From positions 5,569,107-5,602,549 of the forward strand of contig NC_057754.1 in the NCBI RefSeq assembly GCF_004010195.1: a DNA stretch of 33,443 bases, given 5' to 3'. Under the pieces are notes generated by a model that did no database searches, was not told the origin of the DNA, and saw only the letters and a program-made list of their open reading frames with translations. Made by a program: the position numbers and the translations under genes. Positions 20,764-32,144 of the stretch are shown piece by piece; within the stretch, counting starts at the first letter, position 1; each line of letters begins with the position of its first letter. Source of the DNA: Chiloscyllium plagiosum. Taxonomy: Eukaryota.

Positions 20764-21222
20764 GGAGTCACACCAGCACGGACGCCAGTCCTTCGGTCCA
20801 TAATTCCAAACTAAACTAGTCCCACCTGCCTGCTCCTGGCCCCTATCCCTCCAAACCCTTTCCTATTCATGTCCTTATCCAAATGCCTTTTAAACATTGT
20901 AATTGTACCCCATGTGTGAACCATCGACTGTGTCAAAACATTTGCCACTTCTGTCTTTTTAAAATGTCTCTCCTCTCACCTTAAAAATGCACCCCCTCAT
21001 CTTGAAACCCCCCCCCCACCCCATCCTAGGGAAACGAACAACAATCATTTCCTCTAACCTATCTCTCATTTTATAAACTTCTGTCAGGTCGTCTCTCAAC
21101 CTCCTATGCTCCAGTTAAAAAAAAAAGTCCCACCCAACCTAGCCTTTCTTCATAACTCAGACCTCCCATACCTGGCAACATCCTGGTTAATCTCTTCTGA
21201 GCCCCTCTCCAGCTTAATGATA
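20764..21222 (-). mobile_element. HER1/CR1 LINE 3' fragment
   Basis: Tail CCAAACTAAACTAGTCCCACCTGCCTGCTCCTGGCCC as in the other copies. Confidence 0.85.
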
Positions 21223-21249
21223 ACTAGCTTATAAACAGGTTATCGGAAA

Positions 21250-21557
21250 GGGTGGCATGATGGCTCAGTGGTTAGCACTGTTGCCTCCCAGCACCAGAGT
21301 TTGATTCCCACCTCAGGCGACTGTCTGTGTGGAGTTTGCATACTCTCCCTGTATCTGTGCGGGCTTCCTCCCACAATCACAAAGATGTGCAGGCTAGGTG
21401 AACTGGCCGTACTAACTTGCTCATAGTGTTAGGTGCATTAGTCAGGGGGTGAATATAAGAGTACAGGAATGAATCTGGGTGGGTTACTCTTTGGAGGGTC
21501 GGTGTGGATTTGTCAGGCCAAAGGGCCTGTTTCCACACTGTAGAGAATCTAATCTAA
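21250..21557 (+). mobile_element. HE1 SINE, single-unit form
   Basis: A box, V domain and AATCTAATCTAA tail. Confidence 0.88.
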
Positions 21558-21709
21558 AACTGGACACGACCCTATAGAAGAGGCCTAACATTCTGTACCA
21601 TCACAACGTTGGTTGGTTAGAGTGTTATGCTAATAACGTCAAGTGCAGTGGCAAGGTTGGCAAGTGGGTGAGGTTGGCTGTGCTGTGGCAGGATTGGTTG
21701 CTGCTTTTA

Positions 21710-21989
21710 GGGCAGCACGGTGGCTCAGTGGTTAGCACTGCTGCCTCACAGCACCAGGGTCCCAGGTTCGATTCCAGTCCCGGGCGACTGTCTGTGTGGA
21801 GTATGCACATTCTCCCCCGTGTCTGCGTGGGGTTTCCTCTGGGTCCAAAGATGCGAAGGTTAGGCGAATCGGCCGTGCTAAATTGCCCATAGTGTTAGGT
21901 GCATTAGTCAGAGGGAGATGGGTCGGGGTGGGTTACTCTTCGTTTAGGCCAAAGGGCCTATTTCCACATTGTAGGGAATCTAATCTAAA
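21710..21989 (+). mobile_element. HE1 SINE, single-unit form with intact head
   Basis: GGGCAGCACGGTGGCTCAGTGGTTAGCACTGCTGCCTCACAGC..GGTTCGATTCC; tail GGGAATCTAATCTAA. Confidence 0.92.
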
Positions 21990-22577
21990 CATTCATGGCC
22001 TGGAGCCAGGTTGTTGCAAATATGTGGCATGTGTCTTTAACACCATCATGCCACGGAGGTAAATCTAAGCAATAGCAGCTGTTTAGCCACCTGGATATTT
22101 GTACCCAATGTTGTTTGATTATACGTTGCAGTCACCTATAGGGACTTGACAGCTGAACCCATATGAACACACAGTGAAATACTGACCACAGCACATTTGC
22201 ACTCAGTAAGCCTTGTCCAACACATTCACACACTAAAACCCATGCATTGTCTTAAATCAGTGCCACTTGCTGTTCCCAACCGGCATCAGGCTCCAGTGAT
22301 ACTGTTTTCTAAGAAATAAAAGCCTCGGTGGTGAAATGAGGGCAAGTGGGTTGACGCACACAACTCCCGAGAGAGAAGCAACACACTCGCATTGCAAAGA
22401 AAATCTCAGCAGCTCCAAAAAGAAAAAAACTACTTCAGCAGTAGAAAAGGATTTATTTGCCCGATCAGACAGAGGACATGAATATAAAATAAACAGCACG
22501 TGGAGGTATAAAACTGCTGGATAAACGCAGCAGGTCTGGCAATGTCTGTGAAGAGAAAGCAGGGTTAACATTTTGTG

Positions 22578-22875
22578 CCTTAGTAGTTGGTCTCTCAGCA
22601 TCAGGGACCCAGGTTCAATGCCAGCCTTGGGTGACTGTCTGTGTGGACTTCCTCCCACAATTCAAAGATGTGCAGGTTAGGGCGGATTGGTCTTGCTAAA
22701 TTGTCCATAGTGTCTCATGATCTGTAGGCACAGAGGCTTAGCTGTGCTAAATTGTGCGCAGTGTCCAGGGACATGCAGGCTGAGTGGACTGGCTGTGGGA
22801 AACACAGGGTTACAGGGATAGGGTAGGGGTCAGTGTGGACCTAATGGAGGTGAACGGCCTCTTCCCACACTGTCA
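22578..22875 (+). mobile_element. Diverged HE1 SINE with about 2.5 decayed internal units
   Basis: GGGACCCAGGTTCAATGCC..GACTGTCTGTGTGGA; GCTAAATTGT occurs twice. Confidence 0.75.
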
Positions 22876-23069
22876 GGAAAGTCTGATTGATTCTTCAGTT
22901 TCTCCAGCAATTTGTTTTCCTTGCAGCTCTTCAGCATCCCTGCGTGTGTGTGCTTTACCTTCGTTCTCGCTGGGCAGGAACTTGCACGCTGGCCCCATTC
23001 AAGGCAGTTTTGTGAAGACAGTATTGATTAGATCACCCAAAATACTCAACATCAAAAGCACAAAACCTT

Positions 23070-23075
23070 TTTATT
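23070..23075 (-). terminator. Candidate CDCA5 polyadenylation signal
   Basis: AATAAA on the minus strand followed by GT/T-rich sequence, closing a 1.7-kb stretch after the stop codon in which I see no transposon sequence. Confidence 0.5.
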
Positions 23076-24343
23076 GCAGTTCATTACCTCCTTAATTAAC
23101 ACATACACTAACATACCAAATACCACGGATGTCTGACACATCTTCCATACCTACACCATTAGGTCAACGTCAAATTAGTAAATTCCCGACAACGCAGTCC
23201 TACCTACTTTCTCACAGCTAGTCTGCGAACCACGCAGTTACGAAAAACTGCGGAAGAGTTTAGCTGTTTTGATGTAAATAGACGACGGCTAGAGTCCAGT
23301 TCCATTATAACATTTTCTAAAAAAATCACCAACAGAGTTTCATACTGCATTTGATTTGGAAAGAATCAGCGTGGAGCATACATCATTTACTCGAAAGAGA
23401 ATTCAGCTTATCAGTTACCCAATTGTTAGCAGGCGAGACCAGGGCTCAAGGTGAGCAGACATTAATTCACCCACTGAAATTGCCAACCCCATGCTCCTGA
23501 AGCCCATGCAACTGAAGCACAAACACCAGCATGTCACTGGGAGTAACCCCCTCCACTTGGGAAGACAAGATGGCTGTTTATGCTGCTGGGCAGAGGTCCC
23601 AAGGTTCAATGCACATGAACTTTGCTGACATTTCTCTCAGCGTGACTGAAATCCGAACAAGAAAGCACTCTTATTATTAACACAACAACTATACTCTGGA
23701 GGGAACAGGACAGAGGGAACACAATGCTTTCTTCAGTCGACACTGAAAAACAGGGTGTCGATAATATTGACTGAGCGTCTTGTTTGACTCAGGCTATCAT
23801 GTAGTGTGTTTCTGATAAGCTGGTGCCAGCCCACACCTAGAGTGGGTCAGCAGCGAGGGCCAATACCGAGTGGCAGACAAAATGAAAACCCACTCAAACA
23901 TAATCATGTGGGCTCCCCACACAGTATTAAAGCCACATCCAGTTTGGCGGGTATTGTCAGGGTGGGAACAACTGTAAATAAGAAAAAGGACATAGAGTAC
24001 GTTCAACACGAACCAAGGTCAATCAGTAAAAAAGGAAGGATTCGGCTCCACTCTTCCAGAGACACAGACAATAAGCAGTCAGACCGTAGTGGCAGTTTCT
24101 GGGTTTGATTATACATCAACTTCTTAAAAAAGGTACACGTGGGTGTGTTCCTTTTCTTAAAAAAAAAAGACATCTGATCATTTTTCTTCAGTTATACCTT
24201 TTCAAAAGTCAAGCAATGTACAAATTGTATATTTAAAACAACAAAAATAGGGAGCAAGTGAGCAGAGGAATGAAGCGACAGGTTAAATGATTCCGGTTGA
24301 GGCAGTCCAACCTCCAACTCAAAAGCATTGCCCTGTCTCTCCA

Positions 24344-24423
24344 GGGAGAGAGACGGAGAGAGACGGAGAGAGAGGGAGAGAGAGGGAGAGAGAGGGAGAG
24401 AGAGGGAGAGAGAGGGACACACA
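24344..24423. repeat. GA/CT-rich microsatellite in the presumed CDCA5 3' UTR
   Basis: GGGAGAGAGA-type units. Confidence 0.9.
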
Positions 24424-24771
24424 TACCAACACTTGAACCTCGCTGACCAGCAAACCGCAACGGTTAATGTCAGACAGCAGCAGCCGGCAGTGGAGATTCT
24501 ACGTTGACAAGCATGTCTACAAACAGCAGTGCTCCGTGGGGATAGGAGTACGGACATATCCCTGAAAAGGAACCGCAGTTGTTCACCGCAAGAGATAGTT
24601 TGTGGACCGACTGGCTCTTCTGCCTTCGACATCCCTACAATCTACCGGTAAAGAGTTCGGCGCTTCTCTTGACAGTCCTGTTTTGTCAAGGCTCGTGCTG
24701 CATTGAATCCATCTGAAAACTGAAGCGTTCTGCGAGCCCAGAGAGAGCGAGCGAGCAGCTCCCCTTCCTCA

Positions 24772-24852
24772 TCACTCCACAAGCAAATCAAAGCGTTCCG
24801 CTTCTTCGAAGCTAGCGTTCATCTGAGCGGCCCACTCGTCCAACTCGGACTT
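24772..24852 (-). CDS. CDCA5: Sororin, last coding exon: KSELDEWAAQMNASFEEAERFDLLVE*
   Basis: Acceptor ttgttttcccag, phase 0, 81 nt ending in TGA. Close to the recalled human C-terminus KTELDEWAAAMNAEFEAAEQFDLLVE. Confidence 0.97.
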   Translation of the reverse strand, partial: KSELDEWAAQMNASFEEAERFDLLVE

Positions 24853-25605
24853 CTGGGAAAACAACAGGGAAAATAGGGAAGTGAGGGGCTGGGAAGCACA
24901 TTGGATGACAGTTAGGGGTTACATGGACCTCTGGGCTGCTCCCGCCAAAGATGTGTTGAGTAGAGGCTTTAGCATGCCCCATCCAACTCAATGTACATGC
25001 TGTGGGCTCTCGGCATTTCCAGGCGCTCTCTGGAAAACTGGCATGGATTTACGGCCCTGATGCCAGGACCACTCCTTGACTAAATTATTGCTGTGATACC
25101 CCCCTGCTGAAGGGCAACAGAACTTGGTTCCGAGTCGAGCAGGGGCCCTCCCACTCAACACAAAAGCAGCTGGGACGAGCCCTATCCCTATACAACGTCC
25201 TAGGAAGCACCAAATCCCAAACTAACATCAGTCAGTGGGCACCCTGCACAGCAGGGAGACAGAGGACAGCAAGTGTCCATCAAGTGAGCGATGAGCATTT
25301 TTAAAAACAAAACAAAACAGTTCCCGTAAAGTAGACATCGCTAGCTAGGCTATGACATTTCCTGCCCACCCCTCAGGAAAAGATGGTGGGCAGCTGCTTT
25401 CAGCTTCTGTGAGCCACTGAACATTGTGGGAAGAATTCCTAAAAATGTTTCCTGTCCGCCAACAAAGTACATCTTGTGCCGAATGCAAGGATGACGCACA
25501 TGCGTTGCTCAGTGTGTTCTCGGTCCAGCGCAGGACGTCGCGTACCGGCTGTCAGTGACACCTCATGACAGACGGGAACGGGTAAATGTAGAACAGGAAG
25601 GGGCC

Positions 25606-25810
25606 GGGGTTGGGAATCTGTGAAATTCCCTGCCCATGAGGCTACCTCGTTGAATGTTTTTAAGGCAAAGATGGATAGATTTTTGAACAGTAAAGGAATT
25701 AAAGGTTATGGAGAGCGGGTGGGTAAGTGGAGCTGAGCCAGAAAAGATCAGCCATGATCCGATTGAATGGAAGGGCAGGCTCGAGGGTCCAGACGGCCTA
25801 TTCCTGCTCC
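25606..25810 (+). mobile_element. CR1-type LINE 3' fragment
   Basis: W NSLP-like remnant and tail GAATGG..GCAGGCTCGAGGG..GGCCTATTCCTGCTCC. Confidence 0.7.
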
Positions 25811-25939
25811 TCGCTCTCCTGCTCGGAATTGCAGAAGCCAATTTTCTCTCAGCAAGCTCCCAAATGCAGTCACATGATGACAACCAGACACATCTGCCTG
25901 CAAGGCTAGGGGATGGACAGGATACTGGGTGGAAGTCTA

Positions 25940-26290
25940 GTAGCACGGTGGCTCAATGGTTAGCACTGCTGCCTCACTGCACTAGGGACCCGGGTTCAAT
26001 TCAGGCCTCAGGCAACTGTGCAGAGGCCACACAGACAGACATTCTCCCAGTGTGTGTGTGGGATTTCCTCCGGGTGCTCTGGTTTCCTCCCATAGTGCCC
26101 AGGGATGTGCAGGTTAGGGTGGATTGGCCGTGCTAAATTGTCCCATAGTGTCCAGGGATGTGCAGGTGAGGGACATTCATCAGGGATAAACGTAGAGTAA
26201 TGAAGGTAGGGTCTGGGTGGGTTAATCTTTGGAGGGTCGGTGTAGACTTGTTGAGCCAAATGGCCTGTTTCCACACTGTTGTGATCTATA
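25940..26290 (+). mobile_element. HE1 SINE with repeated internal unit
   Basis: A and B boxes intact; 53-bp unit at about 26090-26170; HE1 tail. Confidence 0.88.
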
Positions 26291-26399
26291 AAAAAGTCCC
26301 CTCCTTGTTGCCAAAATGTTTTGTCAAGGGGCATTTTACATCTGACCTGCCTCTGAACCCTGGCACCTTCTCGATGGGAAGGTCAGGCAAATCACCAGC

Positions 26400-26950
26400 A
26401 CTGGGGCTCTATTTCTGGAGGGGCGAGAGGGGATGGCAGTCAGTCAGTCAGGGAAGGGGGAGCGCANNNNNNNNNNNNNNNNNNNNNNNNNNNNNNNNNN
26501 NNNNNNNNNNNNNNNNNNNNNNNNNNNNNNNNNNNNNNNNNNNNNNNNNNNNNNNNNNNNNNNNNNNNNNNNNNNNNNNNNNNNNNNNNNNNNNNNNNNN
26601 NNNNNNNNNNNNNNNNNNNNNNNNNNNNNNNNNNNNNNNNNNNNNNNNNNNNNNNNNNNNNNNNNNNNNNNNNNNNNNNNNNNNNNNNNNNNNNNNNNNN
26701 NNNNNNNNNNNNNNNNNNNNNNNNNNNNNNNNNNNNNNNNNNNNNNNNNNNNNNNNNNNNNNNNNNNNNNNNNNNNNNNNNNNNNNNNNNNNNNNNNNNN
26801 NNNNNNNNNNNNNNNNNNNNNNNNNNNNNNNNNNNNNNNTGGGGACTCTATTGCTGGAGGGACGAGAGGGGATGGCAGTCAGTCAGTCAGGGAAGGGGCA
26901 GCGCATGCCCAGAGGGAAAGGGGGGGGGAGCGCATGCCCAGAGGGCGCAG
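26400..26950. repeat. Intronic G-rich tandem repeat spanning a gap
   Basis: GGGG.CTCTATT.CTGGAGGG.CGAGAGGGGATGGCAGTCAGTCAGTCAGGGAAGGGG.AGCGCA occurs on both sides of gap 26467-26839. Confidence 0.75.
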
Positions 26951-26965
26951 CCTGTCTGGTCTCAC

Positions 26966-27403
26966 CTCGATCTGGGGGACTTTGCGTTTCTTCCTCTTCT
27001 CCTTGGCCACGGCCACGCCAGGGATGTTAAGGTCCAGCTGGGCGAGGGAGCCGGCGGCAAGGAGAGGCTTCTCCACTTCGGGGGTCAGGGGGCGTTTCAC
27101 TGGCGAGACGCCCGGTGCGGTGTCGCCGGCCAGGAGCCTGCCGAAGCCGAAGAGGGACCTGCGGGAGGCAGCCCCCTCTACCTCCCCGTTCGGCGTGGAG
27201 GTGTCCGAAGCCCCGCCGCCCACACTCGGGAGGTGGACGCCGTAGGGGCTCAGGCGGCTGTATGAGCGCCGCACCTTCTGTGACATCAGCGCGCCTCTCT
27301 CGGCGTCCTGGGCAGGGGGCGAGGCGCTGACCCGCGCCGCCTCTTGGTCGGCCACACTCGCCCAATCTCCGCCGGCGTTCTCCTTCACGGTCTTTGGGGA
27401 AAC
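26966..27403 (-). CDS. CDCA5: Sororin, large exon (438 nt): VSPKTVKENAG...QKVRRSYSRL...SLFGFGRLL...KEKRKKRKVPQIE
   Basis: Acceptor ttcccctttccag, donor gtgaga, phase 0 to 0. KEN box at 27377-27385, YSR at 27254-27262, FGF at 27143-27151, and a basic patch. Confidence 0.97.
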
Positions 27404-27537
27404 CTGGAAAGGGGAAAGCGAGAGTTTCAGCGCAACTGACGGCCGCGTTCGCGGTTAGGACATGGCTGAACGCAGAGCCCATCTGGGAGAAGGCAAGGTG
27501 CCATTCAGCCCCTCGATCCTGTTCTATCACTTCGAGC

Positions 27538-27885
27538 CATAGAGCATCTGTACCTGGGTAAGCAGACCCTTCAGCCCAACCAGTCCGTGCTGACCGTAAT
27601 CCCAAACTAAACTAGTCCCGCCTACCTGCTCCTGGCCCATGTCTCTCCAAACCCTTTCCTAGTCACATCCTTATCCAAATGTCTTAAATGTTGTAACTGT
27701 CCCCGCATCCACCACTTCCTCTGGAAGTTTATTCCACACACAAACCACCCTGTGTGTAAAAAATTGTGCCCCCCCCCCCCCCAGTAGTTTTCAAATCGCT
27801 CTCCTCTGACCTTTAAAATGTGCCCTCTTGTCTCGAAACTCCCCAGCTTGGGTAAAAGGCAACTACCATCAACTTTATCTATACC
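27538..27885 (-). mobile_element. HER1/CR1 LINE 3' fragment
   Basis: TRGHILKVRGERF remnant and HER1 tail. Confidence 0.85.
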
Positions 27886-28188
27886 TAAAAACTTTGTTCT
27901 TCTCCTCAATTGGAATTGGACCACATCCTTCTTTCCGTTTTCATTCATGGAATGTGGGAGTCACTGGTCAGACCTTGGGGGCAGTCAAGTGTCAACCACA
28001 TTGCTCTAGATCTGGAGTCCCATGTAGGCCAGACCAGGTAAGGATGGCAGATTTCCTTCCCTAAAGGGCATTTGCCACCGAGATGGCTTTATCCAGCAAT
28101 TAGCAATGGATTCATGGGCCATTATTACATTCCAGATGTTACGTTAGATTCCTGCCACAGTGGGATTTGAACCTGGGTCACCACATCA

Positions 28189-28376
28189 GGAGGAGAAAGT
28201 GAGGACTGCAGATGCTGGAGATCAGAGCTGAAAATGTGTTGCTGGAAAAGCGCAGCAGGTCAGGCAGCATCCAAGGAGCAGGATTCCTGAAGAAGGGCTC
28301 ATGCCCGAAACGTCGATTCTCCTGCTCCTTGGATGCTGCCTGACTTGCTACGCTTTTCCAGCAACACATTTTCAGC
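28189..28376. mobile_element. Palindromic Penelope-like insertion with 11-bp target-site duplication
   Basis: TCACCACATCA at 28178-28188 and 28377-28387; near-perfect inverted arms. Confidence 0.85.
28283..28318 (+). ncRNA. Minimal type I hammerhead ribozyme motif
   Basis: AUUC-CUGAAGA-A-GGGC-UCAU-GCCC-GAAA-C-GUC-GAUU; GUC at 28312-28314. Confidence 0.7.
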
Positions 28377-28411
28377 TCACCACATCAATAGCTGGGTCTT
28401 TGGATTTGTAG

Positions 28412-28599
28412 TCGAATAGTGTGACGCTGGAAAAGCACTGTGGGTCAGGCAGTATCAGAGTTGATGTTTCAGGCATAAGCCCTTCATCAGGAACGTCGAT
28501 TCTCCTGCTCGTCGGATGCTGCCTGACCCGCAGTGCTTTTCCAGCGTCACACTTCTCAACTCTGACTCACCAGCATCTGCAGCCCTCACTTTCTCCTCT
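28412..28599. mobile_element. Older palindromic Penelope-like insertion
   Basis: GTGTGACGCTGGAAAAGCACTG and CAGTGCTTTTCCAGCGTCACAC inverted arms; TGGATT..TAG on both flanks. Confidence 0.75.
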
Positions 28600-28734
28600 C
28601 TGGATTGATAGGCCAGCAACAATACCACCACTAGGCCCTTACACCTCCCCCTCTATAGTCTTCGATAACAAATAAAACCTCGGCTCTTGTTCGAGTCTCC
28701 TCATGTGACTGTGCAAACTTCACACAGAAAGTCG

Positions 28735-29240
28735 CCCCCACGTCTGCATGGGGTTTCCTCCGGGTGCTCTGGTTTTCTCCCACAATCCAAAGGTGTGCAG
28801 GTTAGGGTGGATTGGCACAATCCAAAGGTGTGCAGGTTAGGGTGGATTGGCTATGGGAAATTGTCCTATAGTGCCCAGGGATGTGCAGGTTAGGGTGGAT
28901 TGGCCGTGCTAAATTGTCCCATAGTGTCCAGGGATGTGCAGGTTAGGGTGGATTGGCCATGGGAAATTGTCCCATAGTGTCCAGGGATGTGCAGGTGAGG
29001 ATGGATTGGCCATGGGAAATTGTCCCATAGTGTCCAGGGATGTGCAGGTTAGGGTGGATTGGCCATGCTAAATTGTCCCTGCTAAATTGTCCCATAGTGT
29101 CCATGGATGTGCAGGTTAGGGACATTAGTCACGGGTAAATGTAGAGTAATAAGGTAGGGTCTGGGTGGGTTACTCTTTGGAGGGTCGGTGTAGACTTGTT
29201 GGGCCAATTGGCCTATTTCCACACTGTAGGGATTCTATGA
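28735..29240 (+). mobile_element. 5'-truncated HE1 SINE with about 6 internal units
   Basis: V-domain end, units from about 28790 to 29120, tail GGGATTCTATGA. Confidence 0.88.
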
Positions 29241-30036
29241 AAGTCACGAGGCAGAAAAAGGGAGCTTCTGTACAATTAACAACTGTAGAGGCTATTTCTG
29301 GAAATAAAGACAAGACACTGTGGCTGCTGGAAATCTGAAACCCATGCCCAGCTATTTCCAGTCCTGACGAAGGCTCTCTGGGTTCAAAACATGAACTCAG
29401 TTTGTCTCTGCACAATGCTGCCAGACCTGCTGTGTTTCCCTGCCACTCTATGAAGATATGGAGTCCAACTCCAACTTAAAGTTGCTCCCTCCTTGTTCTG
29501 GAATTCTCCCTGACCAGAGGGGACACCTATGTTACCAAATCCCATTCTTGTTATGAAGGCCTTCAATACATGTAAAGGCAATAAAATGTATCGCCGTAAG
29601 GCAATAAACTTAACTTCAGACTAGAGTTCACAAGTTTTATAAATCCAGTTCGCTGGTGAAGGAAAAATTACTCCAGATCCTACAAAACATTCCAAATATT
29701 AATTTGCATAATCTCAGTCCAGCTCCTTGTTGAGGGGAAATTGACAGCTGGTTGCTGAAATAATTGATTCCCTGCTTAAACACCGGCTTCATGACTGTGC
29801 ATCTACTGTCAGTGTACAGCCCATAAAACCCACACAGCAAGTCACTAATCTCAGTCATACCTCTCCTTGGCTAGCTGCCCTATACAAACCAGCAAATCAT
29901 AGGATAGCTCAGTGCAAGAGGAGGCCACTCCACCCGTCAAATTCAATCTAGCTCATCCTGCTACTCTTTCCTAAAATCCCTGAGTGTTTTTCCTTGGCTC
30001 CCTTCTGCAGGCTACTGTTAGAATAGGCACCAGAGT

Positions 30037-30605
30037 GCCACACGGTGGCCTAGTGGTTAGCACTGCTGCCTCACAGTATCAAGGACCTGGATTTGATTCC
30101 TCCGGCGAACTGTCTGTGTGGAGCTCGTACGTTCTCAGTGACCGAGTCAAAGAGTATAGTGCTAGAAAAGCACAGCCGGTCAGGCAGCATCCAAGGAGCA
30201 GGAGAGTCGATGTTTCGAGCATAAGCCCTACATCAGGAACGAGAGGGGTGGCTCAATCGATTTTTCTGCTCCTCGGATGCTGCCTGACTGGCTGGGCTTT
30301 TCCAGCAGCACACTCTTTGACTCCAATCTCCGGCATCTACGGTCCTCACTGTCTCCACATTCTTGGTGACTGCGTGGGGTTTCCTCCCGGGTTCTCTGGT
30401 TTCCTCCCACAGTCCAAAGATGTGCAGGTTAGGGGATGGATCGGCCGTGGGAAACTGCACATTGTGTCCAGGGATGTGCAGGCGAAGTGGGTTAGCCATG
30501 GGAAATGCAGAGTTACAGGGATGAGATGATGGGTCCGGGTGGGCTGCTATTTGGAGAGTTGACGTGGACCAAAATGGCCTGCTTCCACGTCACAGGGATT
30601 CTAAC
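30037..30605 (+). mobile_element. HE1 SINE interrupted by a palindromic Penelope-like insertion (30143-30356)
   Basis: The V domain is split; imperfect duplication ACGTTCTCAGTGAC (30129-30142) and ACATTCTTGGTGAC (30357-30370). Confidence 0.8.
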
Positions 30606-30722
30606 GATACCCATTAGGAAGCACATGCCAATTCCTAACCATACACTGTAAAATGCCTCGCCTCGTACCACCTTTAGCTCTTCTGGGTGTGGCTGGTGGT
30701 GGAAGTGAGTGCGTACACTTAC

Positions 30723-30764
30723 CCGGGAGCTGCGTCTCGGTGTTGCAGTGATGGATTTAGCAAG
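30723..30764 (-). CDS. CDCA5: Sororin exon (42 nt): LAKSITATPRRSSR
   Basis: Acceptor ctctatctcttgtccag, donor gtaagt, phase 0 to 0; PRRS.R precedes the KEN box as in recalled human RRSPRIS. Confidence 0.92.
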
Positions 30765-31085
30765 CTGGACAAGAGATAGAGAAGAGAGATTGATGTTAGT
30801 GCTGGAGTCGTTTGCAAAAATAACAAACCGCTTGGCAAAGAGCAAGCGTGGGCCGAGTGGCCTCCACCCAAATTGTCGGTCTCTCTAATTTCCAGGTGAC
30901 TGATTGACAAAGCTCGCTGAGACTGCACAGGCTCGCTCTCCACTCAGGAGTCCCTCATCACCTAGCAATCAGACCCAACGTGCCTCTCATAAACCGGGTT
31001 GCATGCGCGGCTGATACTCACCATGGAGTTCGGCTGAAGATCTCCAGGAACCCGTTTCGGGTAAACAACAAGTAATGGGGAGGGG

Positions 31086-31317
<232 letters not shown>

Positions 31318-31391
31318 AAAAAGGAAGACCCGTCAGATCCCAAGGCAGCCCCTCGCTGGCCATCCTGGAAAGCGGAGCGTTCGCCACTTAC

Positions 31392-31451
31392 CACATTTTT
31401 CTGGGGTTCGATCTTCTTCAGAACAATTGAACGCTTGACCACTGGAGCCTG
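31392..31451 (-). CDS. CDCA5: Sororin exon (60 or 57 nt): (Q)[19 protein letters not shown]
   Basis: Tandem acceptor ttcag|cag|, donor gtaagt, phase 0 to 0; resembles recalled human VRKPIVLKRI. Confidence 0.92.
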
Positions 31452-31849
31452 CTGAATAATAAAGAACCCGGGTTAGGGACGAGCGATCAAAGGCTCAGAA
31501 AGCATCACCCTTTCCACACGTTAGAAACCAATCAGCTCTCACACCACAAGCCTGTCCAACGCACTTCAAGCGCTTGCCAATGACCATCCCTTGTTCCACA
31601 CGGTCATAACACGTACACAGTGAAAACATTTAGCCTCAACCCCCTAACACTACACATTTTTGATCTGTTCCCCCCTGGATATTGATCATTTACCAGAGGT
31701 GTTGTTAACAAGGATCCGTGTGAGATTTTCCCACTTTGGGAGCATAAACAGGAAGGCAGTTACGGAATTAGTAACTGTTGGGTGGGAAAGGTGGAGGTGC
31801 ATGGAGATCTGGGTCCCTTTGTACACTAGCAAGGTAAGCATTTTTTAAA

Positions 31850-32140
31850 AATTCAGTCACGGGACAAGGGCTTCACTGGCGAGGCCAGCATTTATTGCCC
31901 ACCCCTAATTAGCCATTGCTGTGGGCAGATATGGGCGATAGCTGGTAAAGGACATTAAAGAACCAGATGGGTTTTTCTGACAATGGTTTTATGGTCACTA
32001 TTAGACTTTTAATTCCAGATCTTTTTTGACAAATTGAATTCAAATTTGACCATCTGCTGGATCTGAATTTAGGTCCCCAGGACATGATCTGGGTTTCTGG
32101 ATTAACAGTCCAGCAATAATACCACTAGGCTATCGCCTCC
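31850..32140 (-). mobile_element. tRNA-derived SINE of the second family
   Basis: Minus head GGGAGGCGATAGCCTAGTGGTA; tail GGGCAATAAATGCTGGCC shared with the LINE end near 12780. Confidence 0.72.
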
Positions 32141-32144
32141 CAAG

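Larger units (their letters stand above)
27938..28650 (-). mobile_element. tRNA-derived SINE of a second family, interrupted twice
   Basis: Minus head GGGAGGTG..GGCCTAGTGGT, B box GGTTCAAATCC near 28162-28174; colinear with 31850-32140. Confidence 0.7.

Noticed and set aside
21710..21790. tRNA gene
   Set aside because: A and B boxes are present but run into the SINE body; it is one of many SINE heads.
22336..22524. 62-aa ORF containing KEN and a lysine run
   Set aside because: Wrong strand for CDCA5, no splice support, and it ends in repeat-derived sequence.
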